This document shows, one piece after another, positions 18,687 to 29,632 of a stretch of DNA of 64,000 nucleotides (positions are counted from its first letter, which is position 1; the number at the start of each line of letters is the position of its first letter). A program made the translations under genes and the position numbers. The notes beneath the pieces are model-generated. The model was not told where the DNA came from. It was given only the letters and a program-made list of their open reading frames with translations, and searched no databases. Source of the stretch: an uncultured archaeon (GTDB lineage: Archaea; Asgardarchaeota; Lokiarchaeia; Sigyniarchaeales; SOKP01); NCBI GenBank assembly GCA_964632315.1, contig CAZWEM010000008.1:32001-96000 (forward strand). The letters are read 5' to 3'.

Positions 18687-20690
18687 TTGCTCATGAATAG
18701 TAACATATTTTTAGACCTAACCAAGGGAACTTTTCCATTTATTATAAAACCAAATTTAGGTCAACCTACATTTCTCAATTTACAAAAAGGATATGGGACA
18801 TCTGAAAGCATGCATAGGTTTAAATCCTACCTGATTGCAATGTCATCGGATTCAGTTGAAATAATATTAGAAACTTTCTATTCGAATATATATATTCAAC
18901 CTATATTGAAAGGAGACGGCGATTTTGAGAAAAGACGAGGGGAAAGATATCCAATTAAACCAATTAAAATAAGTAAAGTAGAAAAATTAGATTTTGAAGA
19001 ACAGGGGATGCTTCGAGAGGAGAAATGCATTGTACATGACTTTTATAAGATGCTTTTAGACATAGATGAGATTTTTGGAAAACGAAAGGCTTTATATGAA
19101 ATAATTTTCGAGATTTCGGTGCCTGTTATTAATGCTATAGGGCACCTCCTAAATCAAACCAATAGAAACGTCATGATTTTTGATATCATCCATGAGATTC
19201 CTAATACAAATTTGAAGAAAGTGAATTTTCATAGTATTGCGGTTTTCGATAAAGATTGGTCAGATTTTAAGTTTATTCAAGCTACAGATCTACATGTTGC
19301 TAGAAGAAATGATTTCATTATTGACTTTCTTAAAAATAAAGTGAGGAGTAAAATTGATAAATCTGGAAATAAGGAAAGGAAATTACGCAAAATTGACCAA
19401 TTTGTTTTAAATAGAGACTATGAATTTAGAGAAGGATTTCAGGAAGGTCGATTAGATGATTTAAAATTTGCTAAATACAATTTTAATTATAATTTAAGAA
19501 AGCTCATTGATTTTACTAATTCCAAAGTTGCTTCAAAAGAATGTGATTTTGTCCTTTTAACAGGTGATTTAGTAGATTATTTATCTATTGGAAAAGGAAA
19601 TAACGTCTATAAGAATAATCTAGAAGTTTTTCTAGAGATCATTCTGGGAATTAATAAAGGTTCGGATAAATGGCCGTTTTTTGAGGAGGATCAAGAATTT
19701 TTTAATAAGAAAGAGATATTAGCACCAATTATTACGACTGTTGGAAACCACGATTACCATAAGGGTCTATATGGTGTACGATTAGCAGGGATAAACAAGA
19801 TATTTGGAATAACTCATTCTGAATTAATAGGTTATCGCGATATTAAATTATGGAATTATATCTTTTCTTTTTATTCTCGAAATAAATTTATAGCAGATTA
19901 TTTTAGGTATGTCAACCCTAATTGCAACTTCATGATGCAAATTGGAGATGAATATAATTTTATATTTTTAGATACCGGAGCGGATTCTCTGGCAGATTTC
20001 CATGATCTAATGAAAGGTGGTGCTAGCACTAAGGGAATTAAGGATTTCCAAGTAGATATCTTACGGACTTATATTCAAATTTCTCTAAATAAAAAAATCA
20101 TCATTGTAATGCACACCCCACCCGTTTCTCCTAATTTGAGTCGTTCAAAAAGAAGAAAATATAAAAAATTATTTAATATTAGAAAAAGAAAACTTCAATG
20201 GTCAGATTTCTATGAAGAAAATTTGAGCAAACTCAATCTTTCAACGAGGATAGAACAATTTCTTAACATGAAATATCAAACAATAATGTATAACTGGAAA
20301 ATTTTTCTAAAAATCATCACTGGTTCAGATAAAATTATCAATAGGAAAGTTGATCTTGTGCTTTGTGGTCATACACATAGCATCAAAGAATATCGCCTAA
20401 GGGAAACTGATGAAGGTCAGATGTTAAATTATGGATTTTGGGGCCTTCCGTTTTATATTGAAATTCCGTGTGAAATTTATGCTTCAATATACAGAGAAAG
20501 GTTAAAAGAGTTCCAAAATGAACAGGATAGAAGGATTTGGTTTGATGTGAATAAACCTTTTGTACTTCAAACCCAGGCTCTTGGACCGCTCTCAGCAAAA
20601 TTTGATACTAAATCTCCCGGATTTCGATACGTCACGATTAAAAATAATCAGCTAGTTGGTTTAGATATTTTCTCATTACACTTAATTTGA
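18687..20690 (+). CDS. Large calcineurin-like metallophosphoesterase
   Basis: TDLH, TGDLVD, GNHD, MH, GHTH motifs in order. Confidence 0.85.
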   Translation: MLMNSNIFLDLTKGTFPFIIKPNLGQPTFLNLQKGYGTSESMHRFKSYLIAMSSDSVEIILETFYSNIYIQPILKGDGDFEKRRGERYPIKPIKISKVEKLDFEEQGMLREEKCIVHDFYKMLLDIDEIFGKRKALYEIIFEISVPVINAIGHLLNQTNRNVMIFDIIHEIPNTNLKKVNFHSIAVFDKDWSDFKFIQATDLHVARRNDFIIDFLKNKVRSKIDKSGNKERKLRKIDQFVLNRDYEFREGFQEGRLDDLKFAKYNFNYNLRKLIDFTNSKVASKECDFVLLTGDLVDYLSIGKGNNVYKNNLEVFLEIILGINKGSDKWPFFEEDQEFFNKKEILAPIITTVGNHDYHKGLYGVRLAGINKIFGITHSELIGYRDIKLWNYIFSFYSRNKFIADYFRYVNPNCNFMMQIGDEYNFIFLDTGADSLADFHDLMKGGASTKGIKDFQVDILRTYIQISLNKKIIIVMHTPPVSPNLSRSKRRKYKKLFNIRKRKLQWSDFYEENLSKLNLSTRIEQFLNMKYQTIMYNWKIFLKIITGSDKIINRKVDLVLCGHTHSIKEYRLRETDEGQMLNYGFWGLPFYIEIPCEIYASIYRERLKEFQNEQDRRIWFDVNKPFVLQTQALGPLSAKFDTKSPGFRYVTIKNNQLVGLDIFSLHLI

Positions 20691-21647
20691 TTCATCAATA
20701 AATTTAATTACATCTTCAAATGTGGTATCTGCCATCGGCCCAAAATGGCTAACTTTCAGAGCGCCCACCGCATTTGCAAACTGTAAGCATCTTTTTAAAT
20801 CCCATCCTTTTAGATAGGATGAAATAAATGCACCTCCAAATGAATCACCCGCTCCGGTAGGATCTCTTTCTTTAATCTTAAAAGAGGGAACATGAAGTGG
20901 TATAGTGATATTCTTGCTAAAAATTGTTGATCCCCGATCTCCTTGTTTTAAAATAACGAGATCTGGATTTCCCTTTAGTAATTCGAAACATGCTGATTTT
21001 TCGCCCTTAATACCAGCCAACATTTCTGCTTCTTCTCCACTTGGTAGTAGAACATTTGTCTCTTCCAAAACGGGTTTACTGATTCTCAGAATCTCTTCAA
21101 TGTCAAGCATTTCTGGACGTAAATTGGGATCAAATGATACAATAGCCTTGGGATTCATCATTCTGGTTATTTTAATTGCTTTATAACATGCATCTCTTGA
21201 ATTCTTACTAATAGACAAAGAACTTCCCATTATATGTAATGACTTAACATTTGTAAAATATTCTTGGTCAATATCATTAGGAGAAGTATCTGCAGCTGCT
21301 CCAGCTGCAAAAATGAATTTTCTCGATCCATCAGAATTATACTGGTTAAATGCAATACCCGTGGTTAATGATTCGGTTATTCTTATCTGAGAGATATCGA
21401 CTTTATCATTTCTTAGCTTGCTTAGCACGCATTCTCCAAATTCATCGTGGCCCACTACACCAATAAACCCCGTTTTTAGAGTAGTGTCTCTTGTCATTCT
21501 CGCTGCAGAATCTATAAATATAGCTGGTGCACCACTCGGAAAGGGGCCTTTATAAATTGCCCCAAGTTTTCGATGTGGTACGTCCTTTTCATTTCGCATT
21601 ATCTCAACTAACAACTCACCTAAACATATAATCTCGGGATTTCTCAT
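20682..21647 (-). CDS. PfkB-family sugar kinase
   Basis: SGAPAI, FDPNLR, DPTGAGDSFGG. Confidence 0.93.
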   Translation of the reverse strand: MRNPEIICLGELLVEIMRNEKDVPHRKLGAIYKGPFPSGAPAIFIDSAARMTRDTTLKTGFIGVVGHDEFGECVLSKLRNDKVDISQIRITESLTTGIAFNQYNSDGSRKFIFAAGAAADTSPNDIDQEYFTNVKSLHIMGSSLSISKNSRDACYKAIKITRMMNPKAIVSFDPNLRPEMLDIEEILRISKPVLEETNVLLPSGEEAEMLAGIKGEKSACFELLKGNPDLVILKQGDRGSTIFSKNITIPLHVPSFKIKERDPTGAGDSFGGAFISSYLKGWDLKRCLQFANAVGALKVSHFGPMADTTFEDVIKFIDESN

Positions 21648-21943
21648 ATTAAGATCATAATTAATTATAATAAAAATGAGTTTTGGAAATTATTTTTTCC
21701 TTATCCAATATTTACAACAACTTGGATATATCTTATAATATCAGGGAAAAAATGCCTATCATTAGACTATTTAATAATAAAATGAAAATAGAAATCCGTA
21801 AGCCATATCGAACAATTTTGGGTAAAATCTTACTTTATTTTTTAATCTCATTTTCAATTTATAAAGAGAATTAATCTTTAAATTACATTAAAATTAATAC
21901 TCTAGTAATTATAATCTTCTAATTCAGAATAAAAGGGTTAAAA

Positions 21944-22975
21944 TTGTTAGAGACAAATATTACAAAATTGTTTGGAATAAAGAATCCTATTGTTGCAGCC
22001 CCGATGGGTCCTTTCTATACCACTGAGTTAACCATTGCGGTATCTGAAGCGGGTGGTCTTGGAGTATTAAGCCATACTAATTTATTTGGTAAGAGTAGCA
22101 TTGAGGAAATGAAAAAAAACATGCTTCACGTGATAGAACATACAGATAAACCCTTTGGATTCAATATAAGAACGTCTAGATTACAACTTGATGCACCATT
22201 ATTGTGTCGTCAAATTCCCAAGTTTATACAAAGCAACCCTAAATTACGAGATCAATGTTTATATGCTGTTACAAGTGCAGGTAGTCCCAAAACAATGCAT
22301 AGTAAACAATTTCTGAGATTAAAGGAGTCTGGTTCTCAAATTAAGCATTTTCATGTTGCACCAGCACTCTGGCTCGCAGATAAATGTGTTGCAAATGGAG
22401 TGGATGGGATGGTTGTCACGGGTTGGGAAGGAGGTGGTCATCAATCGTATGAAAAAATAAGTTCATTAGTCTTGCTTCAGCAAGTACGTCAAAAGCATCC
22501 TGATATTCCTATTATTGCTTGCGGTGGTTTTGCTTCTGGAGAGGGTCTTGCCGCGGCATTATCTATGGGTGCAGGAGCAATTGCTATGGGTTCAAGATTC
22601 ATTGCCTCAAAAGATAGTGAATTTCATGAAAAATATAAAAATATTGTTCCATCTGCTAAAGCGGATGATACAGTTTGGGTAACGGGAGTATTAGGGCCAA
22701 TCAGGTTATGGAAAAATGAATATTCACTTCACCATGGTATGATATCAAGTAAGGAAGAGAAAATGGCATTAGAAGCTAAAATCACGCCTCAAATGGCGCT
22801 TGAGGATCAGAAACACTACGAGATGACCTATGAAGGAGATATCACGAATGGAGCAGTTTTGCTAGGCCAAAGCATCGGGTTAATAGACTCAATAAAGAGT
22901 GTTAAAGAAATCGTTAATGGTATTATAAAGAGAGCTCAAGAATGTTTAGAAAATGGGGCACGTCTAATTAAGTAA
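21944..22975 (+). CDS. Nitronate monooxygenase / FabK-like flavin oxidoreductase
   Basis: PIVAAPM, AVSEAGGLG, GWEGGGH, IACGG, MGSRF, GQSIG. Confidence 0.9.
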   Translation: MLETNITKLFGIKNPIVAAPMGPFYTTELTIAVSEAGGLGVLSHTNLFGKSSIEEMKKNMLHVIEHTDKPFGFNIRTSRLQLDAPLLCRQIPKFIQSNPKLRDQCLYAVTSAGSPKTMHSKQFLRLKESGSQIKHFHVAPALWLADKCVANGVDGMVVTGWEGGGHQSYEKISSLVLLQQVRQKHPDIPIIACGGFASGEGLAAALSMGAGAIAMGSRFIASKDSEFHEKYKNIVPSAKADDTVWVTGVLGPIRLWKNEYSLHHGMISSKEEKMALEAKITPQMALEDQKHYEMTYEGDITNGAVLLGQSIGLIDSIKSVKEIVNGIIKRAQECLENGARLIK

Positions 22976-23045
22976 TCTTTCTTTTTTATTTTAAATTGCT
23001 ATTTCTTAATCAAATTAATATATTGCTTAAGCTAAATTAATAAGT

Positions 23046-23285
23046 ATGGAAAACCGAAAAAAAATTGAATTAATTGCAGAAGTTTTGGAACGGTATGATA
23101 AGGGCACCTGTTTTTATTGCGTTAGTGTTTTAAACGGAGATATGGAAGCATATGATCGAGATGAGGGTTTTGATGATGATTGGTGTCCTAATTGTTGTGA
23201 AAGCATTGATCCTAATGATGATTGGGATGAAGCATGTATAAGTGCTATCGAAAAGGTTATCCATAATCAAGAATTTGTACCCTAA
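23046..23285 (+). CDS. Small acidic Cys-rich (putative metal-binding) protein
   Basis: 79 aa; CFYC...WCPNCC...C; D/E rich. Confidence 0.7.
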   Translation: MENRKKIELIAEVLERYDKGTCFYCVSVLNGDMEAYDRDEGFDDDWCPNCCESIDPNDDWDEACISAIEKVIHNQEFVP

Positions 23286-23307
23286 AAAACCTAATCAGGT
23301 GATTAAA

Positions 23308-23775
23308 ATGACAAGCAGAATAGAAATCCAACCTTATCAATACATGGAGTATTTTATGAAAGAGGCCGCCCATATAGTTTCAATGAGTAAGGAGGGCAAT
23401 TTGAACGTGATGGCAGTTTTATGGAAGACTATTGGTGAATTGTGGGGTATTCCCATAATCACAATAGCTGTTTCGCCGGCCAGATATTCTCATGAATTTC
23501 TATCACAAGGAATTCCTGAATTTTCATTAAATATTCCATCCAAGAATATTGCTCATACAATCAATATAACTGGAACTAAATCTGGAAGAAATACGGATAA
23601 ATTCAAAGAAGCAAACTTAGAAATTATCGAGGGAAAAACAACTAAAGTACCTACAATTAAAGACTGCATCTTAAATTATGAATGTAAAATAGTACATTCG
23701 TGTAAATCTGGCAGTATGGCAAGCCATACCTTATTTTTTGGTGAAATCTTAGCAGCTTATACTTCCATTGAATGA
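23308..23775 (+). CDS. Flavin reductase-like (flavoredoxin) family protein
   Basis: ATG 23308 preceded by AGGTGA; NVM, RYSHE, SGRNTDKF, ECK, HTLFFGEI. Confidence 0.88.
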   Translation: MTSRIEIQPYQYMEYFMKEAAHIVSMSKEGNLNVMAVLWKTIGELWGIPIITIAVSPARYSHEFLSQGIPEFSLNIPSKNIAHTINITGTKSGRNTDKFKEANLEIIEGKTTKVPTIKDCILNYECKIVHSCKSGSMASHTLFFGEILAAYTSIE

Positions 23776-23805
23776 TTAGGCATAGATATAAAAAAAATAT
23801 AAAAA

Positions 23806-24417
23806 TTATTTTGGAGATTTTTCTTTTTCCTCAATAATGTAAATTTTATCAAAAGCTTGGATTAAATTAGTAGTTATAGATTTTCTTGCGAAACCAACAA
23901 ATAATAATGAAACAATCGCACTTAGTCCAAATTGAACTGCTCCATTGAAAAACAATTCAAATAATGCACTTGGAAATCCATATAAAATTATTTCCGCAAT
24001 AAAATATCCCACCACCATTATAGTACCCCCAATAATAACCCCAATAAAATCCTTATAGTTTATTTTAAGATAATTTTTTCGTGGATTACTTATGAGTCCC
24101 ACTATAAATCCCTCTAATCCTTTAATTATTAAAGTTGCTAGAGCATATTGAGGTGCTAAAAAAATGTCAGTCAAAGCAGAACCAAATCCACCCGCAATAC
24201 CCCCAATTATAGGTCCAAAAAGTAATCCAGAGATCATCACTCCAATATCTCCTAAATTGATATACCCTTGGGTGGTGGGAATTGTAAATGGCACAATAAA
24301 GGTTAAGATGCATGTTACTGCGGCAAAAATTGCTGCAACAGGTAAAACAATGATATTATTTAGCAAATAATATCCCATAAAGTTAGAATTTTTACGATTA
24401 CTACTCATTTTGATCAA
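23806..24417 (-). CDS. ECF transporter S component
   Basis: IPTTQGYINLGD, LFGP..GGIAGG.GSALTD, TLIIKGLEG. Confidence 0.9.
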   Translation of the reverse strand: MIKMSSNRKNSNFMGYYLLNNIIVLPVAAIFAAVTCILTFIVPFTIPTTQGYINLGDIGVMISGLLFGPIIGGIAGGFGSALTDIFLAPQYALATLIIKGLEGFIVGLISNPRKNYLKINYKDFIGVIIGGTIMVVGYFIAEIILYGFPSALFELFFNGAVQFGLSAIVSLLFVGFARKSITTNLIQAFDKIYIIEEKEKSPK

Positions 24418-24529
24418 TTAGGTATTAATTATAATTGGTAAGAATATTCTTTCCAAAGAACCAATTGTGGTTTCATGTATATAAATCTCATTGATAATAT
24501 AAAAATTATTAAAAAATTAGTAAACATTA

Positions 24530-24650
24530 GTCCCCCCGCTGCAAGAGGGTTACTTAGGATATCAGTCCTTTTAAACCAATTGAAAAAGCGTTATGGACAA
24601 GAGGTTAAATTAACTTTTCTTCAGAAAAGTGCATTAATTTAGAGGGTTAA
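24530..24650. other. Structured intergenic element (candidate ncRNA or regulatory region)
   Basis: Nested complementarity GTCC/GGAC, CGCT/AGCG, AGGA/TCCT; long hairpin 24606-24641; three AGAGG(G)TTA direct repeats. Confidence 0.35.
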
Positions 24651-24718
24651 AAGATTAGATATAAATTTAGATTCTTTTACTATAAAAAATAGTCAGATTT
24701 TATTTAGAGAATTTTAAG

Positions 24719-26233
24719 ATGAATGAGAAATTAAGTGAAGAATTTAATAGGAGCATTTCTCAGACATTGTTAAAGAATCATCCAGACATAATTCTGATTC
24801 TTGACGGGGAAGGCAAAATTATTCAAGTTTCTGACAATATTATTAAGACATTTAATGATTATAGCAGAAATGAATTAATTGGTAAATCTCTTGCTGAATT
24901 CATGGTTGAAAAAGATAAAAAAGTGTTCAAGAAGCAGTTAAAAGAAATCTCGGAGAAAAAAATCTTAAAAATGGAGGAATACAAGTTCATAAAGAAAGAT
25001 CACTCAAAGATAGCTGGGGAGCTAAGTTTAAGCATTGTTGAATCTGAAATTGGAAATGATATCTTATTGGGGATCATGAGAGACATCTCCAATCAAAAAT
25101 CATTAGAAAAAGACCTAGTCAAAAGTAAACAAATGTTCCAACTTGTTATGGACAATATTCCACAATTACTCTCTTGGAAAGATATTAATTCAATTTATAT
25201 TGGATGTAACAAGAATTTCGCCCGTGTAGCGGGTTTAAACGAACCAGCGGAGATCATAGGAAAATCTGATTATGAGCTTCCTTGGAAAATTAGTGAAGCG
25301 GAGTCATTTTTTGAAATTGATCAACTGGTTATGGACACAGATAAACCAGAGTATCATATCTTCGAGCCACAATTACAAGCTGATGGAAAACAAGCCTGGT
25401 TAGATACGAATAAAATTCCACTTCATAATTCTAGAGGAGAAGTTGTGGGTATTTTGTGCACCTATGAAGATATAACCGATCGAGTCAATGCAGAGATCGC
25501 TTTGAAAAATTCAGAAAAAAAATATAGAGAAGCATTTAACAGAGCTGAATTTTATAAAGATGTATTCGCCCATGATATTAGTAATATTTTACAAGGGATT
25601 TTATCCTCTCTTGAACTTTCTCGTTTAACATTGAAAGACGTGGAGATTAACAAAATCGACAAATTTTATGAAATTATTGAAGATCAGATCAATAGAGGAG
25701 CAAATCTGGTTTCTAATATTCGTAAAATATCCTCAATTGATGATAATGAGAAAAAATTAATACCAATTAACGTATCCCAATACATTAAAGAAGCGATTGA
25801 GGTAGTTCGCAAAATTTTTCCAAAACGAAAAATCACTTTTCAATTAACAGCACCTCAAGATCTCGTGTATGTAAAAGCAAATAAATTGTTACTTGATGTA
25901 TTCCAAAATATCATATATAATGCTGTTAAGCACAATAAAAACTCTATAGTAGATATTGATGTAATTGTGAACGATGAATTAATTGAAGGAAAATCTCATA
26001 TTAAGCTACAATTTGTTGATAATGGTCTTGGGGTACCTGATCCCCAAAAAATTACTATTTTCCAAAGAGGGACGGTTGAATCTAAGAGTTTTAACAGATT
26101 AGGCCTTGGATTATCATTAGTTAAAAAATTGGTTGAAACTTATAATGGTCAAATTTGGGTCGAAGATAAAGTTAAAGGAGACCCTACTAAAGGCAGTAAT
26201 TTCATTATTTTGATTGAACAATCACTTATTTAG
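24719..26233 (+). CDS. PAS-PAS sensor histidine kinase
   Basis: Two PAS/PAC domains; H-box FAHDISN; N-box NIIYNAVKH; DNGLGV; GLGLSLV. Confidence 0.93.
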   Translation: MNEKLSEEFNRSISQTLLKNHPDIILILDGEGKIIQVSDNIIKTFNDYSRNELIGKSLAEFMVEKDKKVFKKQLKEISEKKILKMEEYKFIKKDHSKIAGELSLSIVESEIGNDILLGIMRDISNQKSLEKDLVKSKQMFQLVMDNIPQLLSWKDINSIYIGCNKNFARVAGLNEPAEIIGKSDYELPWKISEAESFFEIDQLVMDTDKPEYHIFEPQLQADGKQAWLDTNKIPLHNSRGEVVGILCTYEDITDRVNAEIALKNSEKKYREAFNRAEFYKDVFAHDISNILQGILSSLELSRLTLKDVEINKIDKFYEIIEDQINRGANLVSNIRKISSIDDNEKKLIPINVSQYIKEAIEVVRKIFPKRKITFQLTAPQDLVYVKANKLLLDVFQNIIYNAVKHNKNSIVDIDVIVNDELIEGKSHIKLQFVDNGLGVPDPQKITIFQRGTVESKSFNRLGLGLSLVKKLVETYNGQIWVEDKVKGDPTKGSNFIILIEQSLI

Positions 26234-26277
26234 AAGATATGACTAACTTTTTTTGATTGAAATAATAATTATTATTA

Positions 26278-28854
26278 ATGTTGTTTTTATGTATTGAGAA
26301 TCTCATTCCTTTAGACGTACAAATTGAAGAAATATCGATAATTCCGAATCCACGCAATCTCAAATTTATTGAAGATGGATGTATAAAAATCAGTGCAAAC
26401 TCTTCAATATCTCACAATTTGCCTTTCAACTCGGTTTATTTAATCGATAATTTAATGGAACACTTACTTAATAGTGGATTAAATTCCAAAATACCAGTCA
26501 AAAATAATGATAGTTACGATTATGATAAACTTCTAAAACTCTGTGAGATTAATTTTCCGAATAAATTTGCTGAAATAAAGAATCAAGAACTATTCAAGAC
26601 ACAAGGTTATATCCTCGCGATATCAGATAATAATATTAACATAATTGGAGATACTTCCCAAGGTATTTTTTATGGAATTCAAAGTTTATTACAAATTTTT
26701 GATTCTTACAACGATCACCTTATTTGCAATCATTTAGTTATAATTGATTATCCTCTACTCAAAATTCGGGGGATTTCAGATGATATTTCTCGAGGACAAG
26801 CACCCACGTTAGAAAATCTAAAGAAGTTCATGACTATTTTAAGTCATTATAAAATTAATCAATACTATTTAGTCTACATGCAAGACATGTATCAATTTAA
26901 AAATCATAGAGAGATTTGGGAGAGAAGAGGTGCTTATTCAAAAGAAGAATTGATAAGTTTAGTAGAACATGCAAGAAAATGTTTTATAGAGATCATACCA
27001 ATTTTTCAAACAGTTGGACATTGGGATAACATACTCTTCCATAAAACCTATTGGAAATACGGTGAATTTCCAGGATCTAATAGTTTAAATTTAGCAAACG
27101 AAGAAATTTATCAATTATTAGAGGAAATGATTGAAGAATTGAGTGAAGTGTTTGAATCTAAGTATTTTCACATTGCAGCTGATGAAAGTTGGGATGTTGG
27201 AAGGGGAAAGTCAAAAAATTATATCCAAAAAGTAGGTATTGAACAAGCATATCTCACACATTACAAAAAAGTTTATGATATTGTTAAAAAACATGGTTTT
27301 GAAAAAGTGATCATTTATCATGATATTTTGTATAAGCATGAATTTGTTTTGAAAAACCTACCAAAAGATATAATCGTAATGTATTGGAAATATAACCTAA
27401 AAGAAAGTCATCCCATAATTGATTTACTAAACACCCATGATTTCCCGATTCTCGTTTCTCCTTCAATTTGGGATTATAATCGGATCTTCCCTAACATTTC
27501 TAATTTTGAAAAGAATGTTAGTAATATTGCTGCATATGGGTATGCAAGAAATATCGAAGGGATAGTTACTTCTAGTTGGGGCGATTACAAGAACAAAGAA
27601 TTAAGAGAAAATCGAATTTTTGGTTTTATATATTCCGCTGAGGTTGCTTGGAACTCTAGGACTCCCGTGAATCGCTTGCAATTTTGGAAATCAGTTTTTA
27701 ATGAGCTTTTTGGTACTAAAGAGATTCTCAAAATATTTAATAAAATCAGAGAAATCCAAGATAAGAAAAAATTACGCGTAAGACCGACTTTTTATTATAA
27801 TCATTTTTTCAGTCATCCATATCGGAAAAACACCAAGGGCTTCAGACGGAGTTTAAGAACGAGCCAATTTAGCAAATTAATTAAAGAACTAGGGGAAATG
27901 ATTAATACTTATAATAGTTTGTTAAAAAATGAAGATAAAAATCATCAGTTGCTACGATCACTTATTTTCGTTCTCCAACACATGCAATTTTACTGTTCTA
28001 AAAGGATTAATTCTAAGAAACTGGTAAACTTTAATATAAAAAGAACCAATAAAACGATTCTTAATATCATTATTAAAGAAATTGAAAACTTAAAAGGCCA
28101 GTTGGAAAATCTCTTGCTTGATTATGAAAAATTATGGCTTAAAATGGCAAAACCAGATGGATTTAGATCAATAAAACAGCAATACCTTTGGTTGATTCAA
28201 TTTTATAATGATAAGATACATGAGTTAAGTGAAAGAAAGAAATGGGAGGATCCAAACATACAAAGTGAATCAATTTATCTAAAAGATAAAGAGAGCGATT
28301 CTGTTCATACAACTTCATTCAAAAAAGTCATACTGCTAAAGGATAAAGTTCAAGAAGCCCACATTCAAGTCATTGCAGGTACTTATTGTGAAATTTATAT
28401 TAATGGATCTTTCATAGGATTTGGGATCACGAGACATACTTTAAATTATGTAATTCAAGACAACAATATTAAAATTTTTGATATTACAATCAATTTAAAG
28501 AAAGGAGAAAATACCATAATCCTTAAAAATACTGATTATATTGGAGGAATGGGAATAGTAAACTTATACGGAGAAATTAGATTAGAATCAGACGAAATAA
28601 TTCAACTTAAAACGGATAAAAGCTGGCTTGGCTCAAAAGAGGACCTCGGAGAATGGAAGAAAGTAAAAAGTTTCGGGAGACCTCCAAAACTAACGGGCGG
28701 ACTCAATTATCCTGATTTCAATAAAGGATTACATTCGAAAGAAAATGAGTATGTAGCATCATTCAATACTATCTTTAGTAAAACATCCCCAAAAATACGT
28801 TGGTTAATAAAGATCTTAGTAAAAATTTTCAACCGATATGATATTTTAGAATAA
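26278..28854 (+). CDS. Glycoside hydrolase family 20 (beta-N-acetylhexosaminidase-like) with C-terminal beta-sandwich
   Basis: [33 protein letters not shown] catalytic pair. Confidence 0.88.
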   Translation: MLFLCIENLIPLDVQIEEISIIPNPRNLKFIEDGCIKISANSSISHNLPFNSVYLIDNLMEHLLNSGLNSKIPVKNNDSYDYDKLLKLCEINFPNKFAEIKNQELFKTQGYILAISDNNINIIGDTSQGIFYGIQSLLQIFDSYNDHLICNHLVIIDYPLLKIRGISDDISRGQAPTLENLKKFMTILSHYKINQYYLVYMQDMYQFKNHREIWERRGAYSKEELISLVEHARKCFIEIIPIFQTVGHWDNILFHKTYWKYGEFPGSNSLNLANEEIYQLLEEMIEELSEVFESKYFHIAADESWDVGRGKSKNYIQKVGIEQAYLTHYKKVYDIVKKHGFEKVIIYHDILYKHEFVLKNLPKDIIVMYWKYNLKESHPIIDLLNTHDFPILVSPSIWDYNRIFPNISNFEKNVSNIAAYGYARNIEGIVTSSWGDYKNKELRENRIFGFIYSAEVAWNSRTPVNRLQFWKSVFNELFGTKEILKIFNKIREIQDKKKLRVRPTFYYNHFFSHPYRKNTKGFRRSLRTSQFSKLIKELGEMINTYNSLLKNEDKNHQLLRSLIFVLQHMQFYCSKRINSKKLVNFNIKRTNKTILNIIIKEIENLKGQLENLLLDYEKLWLKMAKPDGFRSIKQQYLWLIQFYNDKIHELSERKKWEDPNIQSESIYLKDKESDSVHTTSFKKVILLKDKVQEAHIQVIAGTYCEIYINGSFIGFGITRHTLNYVIQDNNIKIFDITINLKKGENTIILKNTDYIGGMGIVNLYGEIRLESDEIIQLKTDKSWLGSKEDLGEWKKVKSFGRPPKLTGGLNYPDFNKGLHSKENEYVASFNTIFSKTSPKIRWLIKILVKIFNRYDILE

Positions 28855-28954
28855 AAAAAGAAGAGTTAATTGTGTTTTTTCACATATTAAGATTAAATAG
28901 TAATTCAAATATAAAAATCAATTAGAAAAAAAAGAAATTTATGTGAAAATGGTA

Positions 28955-29452
28955 TTAAGTCCTTTCCAGACCACATGATGTGCAAAAATTTCCTTCCATG
29001 GGTGCTCCACAAGAAGTACAAAATTTTGATTGATCTTGTGTAGCAACAGGTTTGGGCGCAGAAACTGTAGTTTGGGGCACTTCTTGAGAATATTTTTTAT
29101 TTGATTTTGCAATGCTGAACATGCATATCCCAAAGATAAGTACTAAGACCCCTGCTATTAACAAGTAAAGTCCCACTCCCGCATCAAGAGAGAGAACACC
29201 TCCTACTATAAGGAAGATTCCAATTATAAGCGCAATAATACCGCCTCTCCTTGTTTTTCCCGCACTCTCTCCAGCTTTCTTCCTCGCAGTTGCTACAGCG
29301 CTCGCTACAATTTCATCTTGTTTCGCAGCAACATCAGCAGTAATTTTTTCAAAATCAATGCTGTCAATTATTGCCCTTTCGTCTGCGGTTAATCCATCCT
29401 CATCCCTTTCGATTCCGTCAGAATATTTTTTTTTCTTAGACAAATTTATCAA
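28955..29452 (-). CDS. Two-TM membrane protein with C-terminal double zinc ribbon
   Basis: Two hydrophobic helices; KFCTSCGAPMEGNFCTSCG. Confidence 0.85.
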   Translation of the reverse strand: MINLSKKKKYSDGIERDEDGLTADERAIIDSIDFEKITADVAAKQDEIVASAVATARKKAGESAGKTRRGGIIALIIGIFLIVGGVLSLDAGVGLYLLIAGVLVLIFGICMFSIAKSNKKYSQEVPQTTVSAPKPVATQDQSKFCTSCGAPMEGNFCTSCGLERT

Positions 29453-29632
29453 CCCTCTATTAATTGTGGATCATATGGTTAATTATTATTACTTAGTTGA
29501 ATTTCATTATAAATCTATCTTTTGGTAATCAAAATCAGAAGATTATAAGTTAAAAATGTCATGATTTCTAAATTAAATTGTATCAAAATACGTAATTTGG
29601 TAATATTGAAAAAAAAAATTGAATAAGTAAAA

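Noticed and set aside
21683-21874. Tracked 63-aa ORF
   Set aside because: TTG start, low-complexity I/K/N composition, lies in a divergent promoter region.
24555-24600. Partial similarity to the fluoride riboswitch (CCATAACGC...CTGAT..CCTA on the minus strand)
   Set aside because: The 5' GGnGAUG element is absent and no fluoride exporter gene is adjacent.
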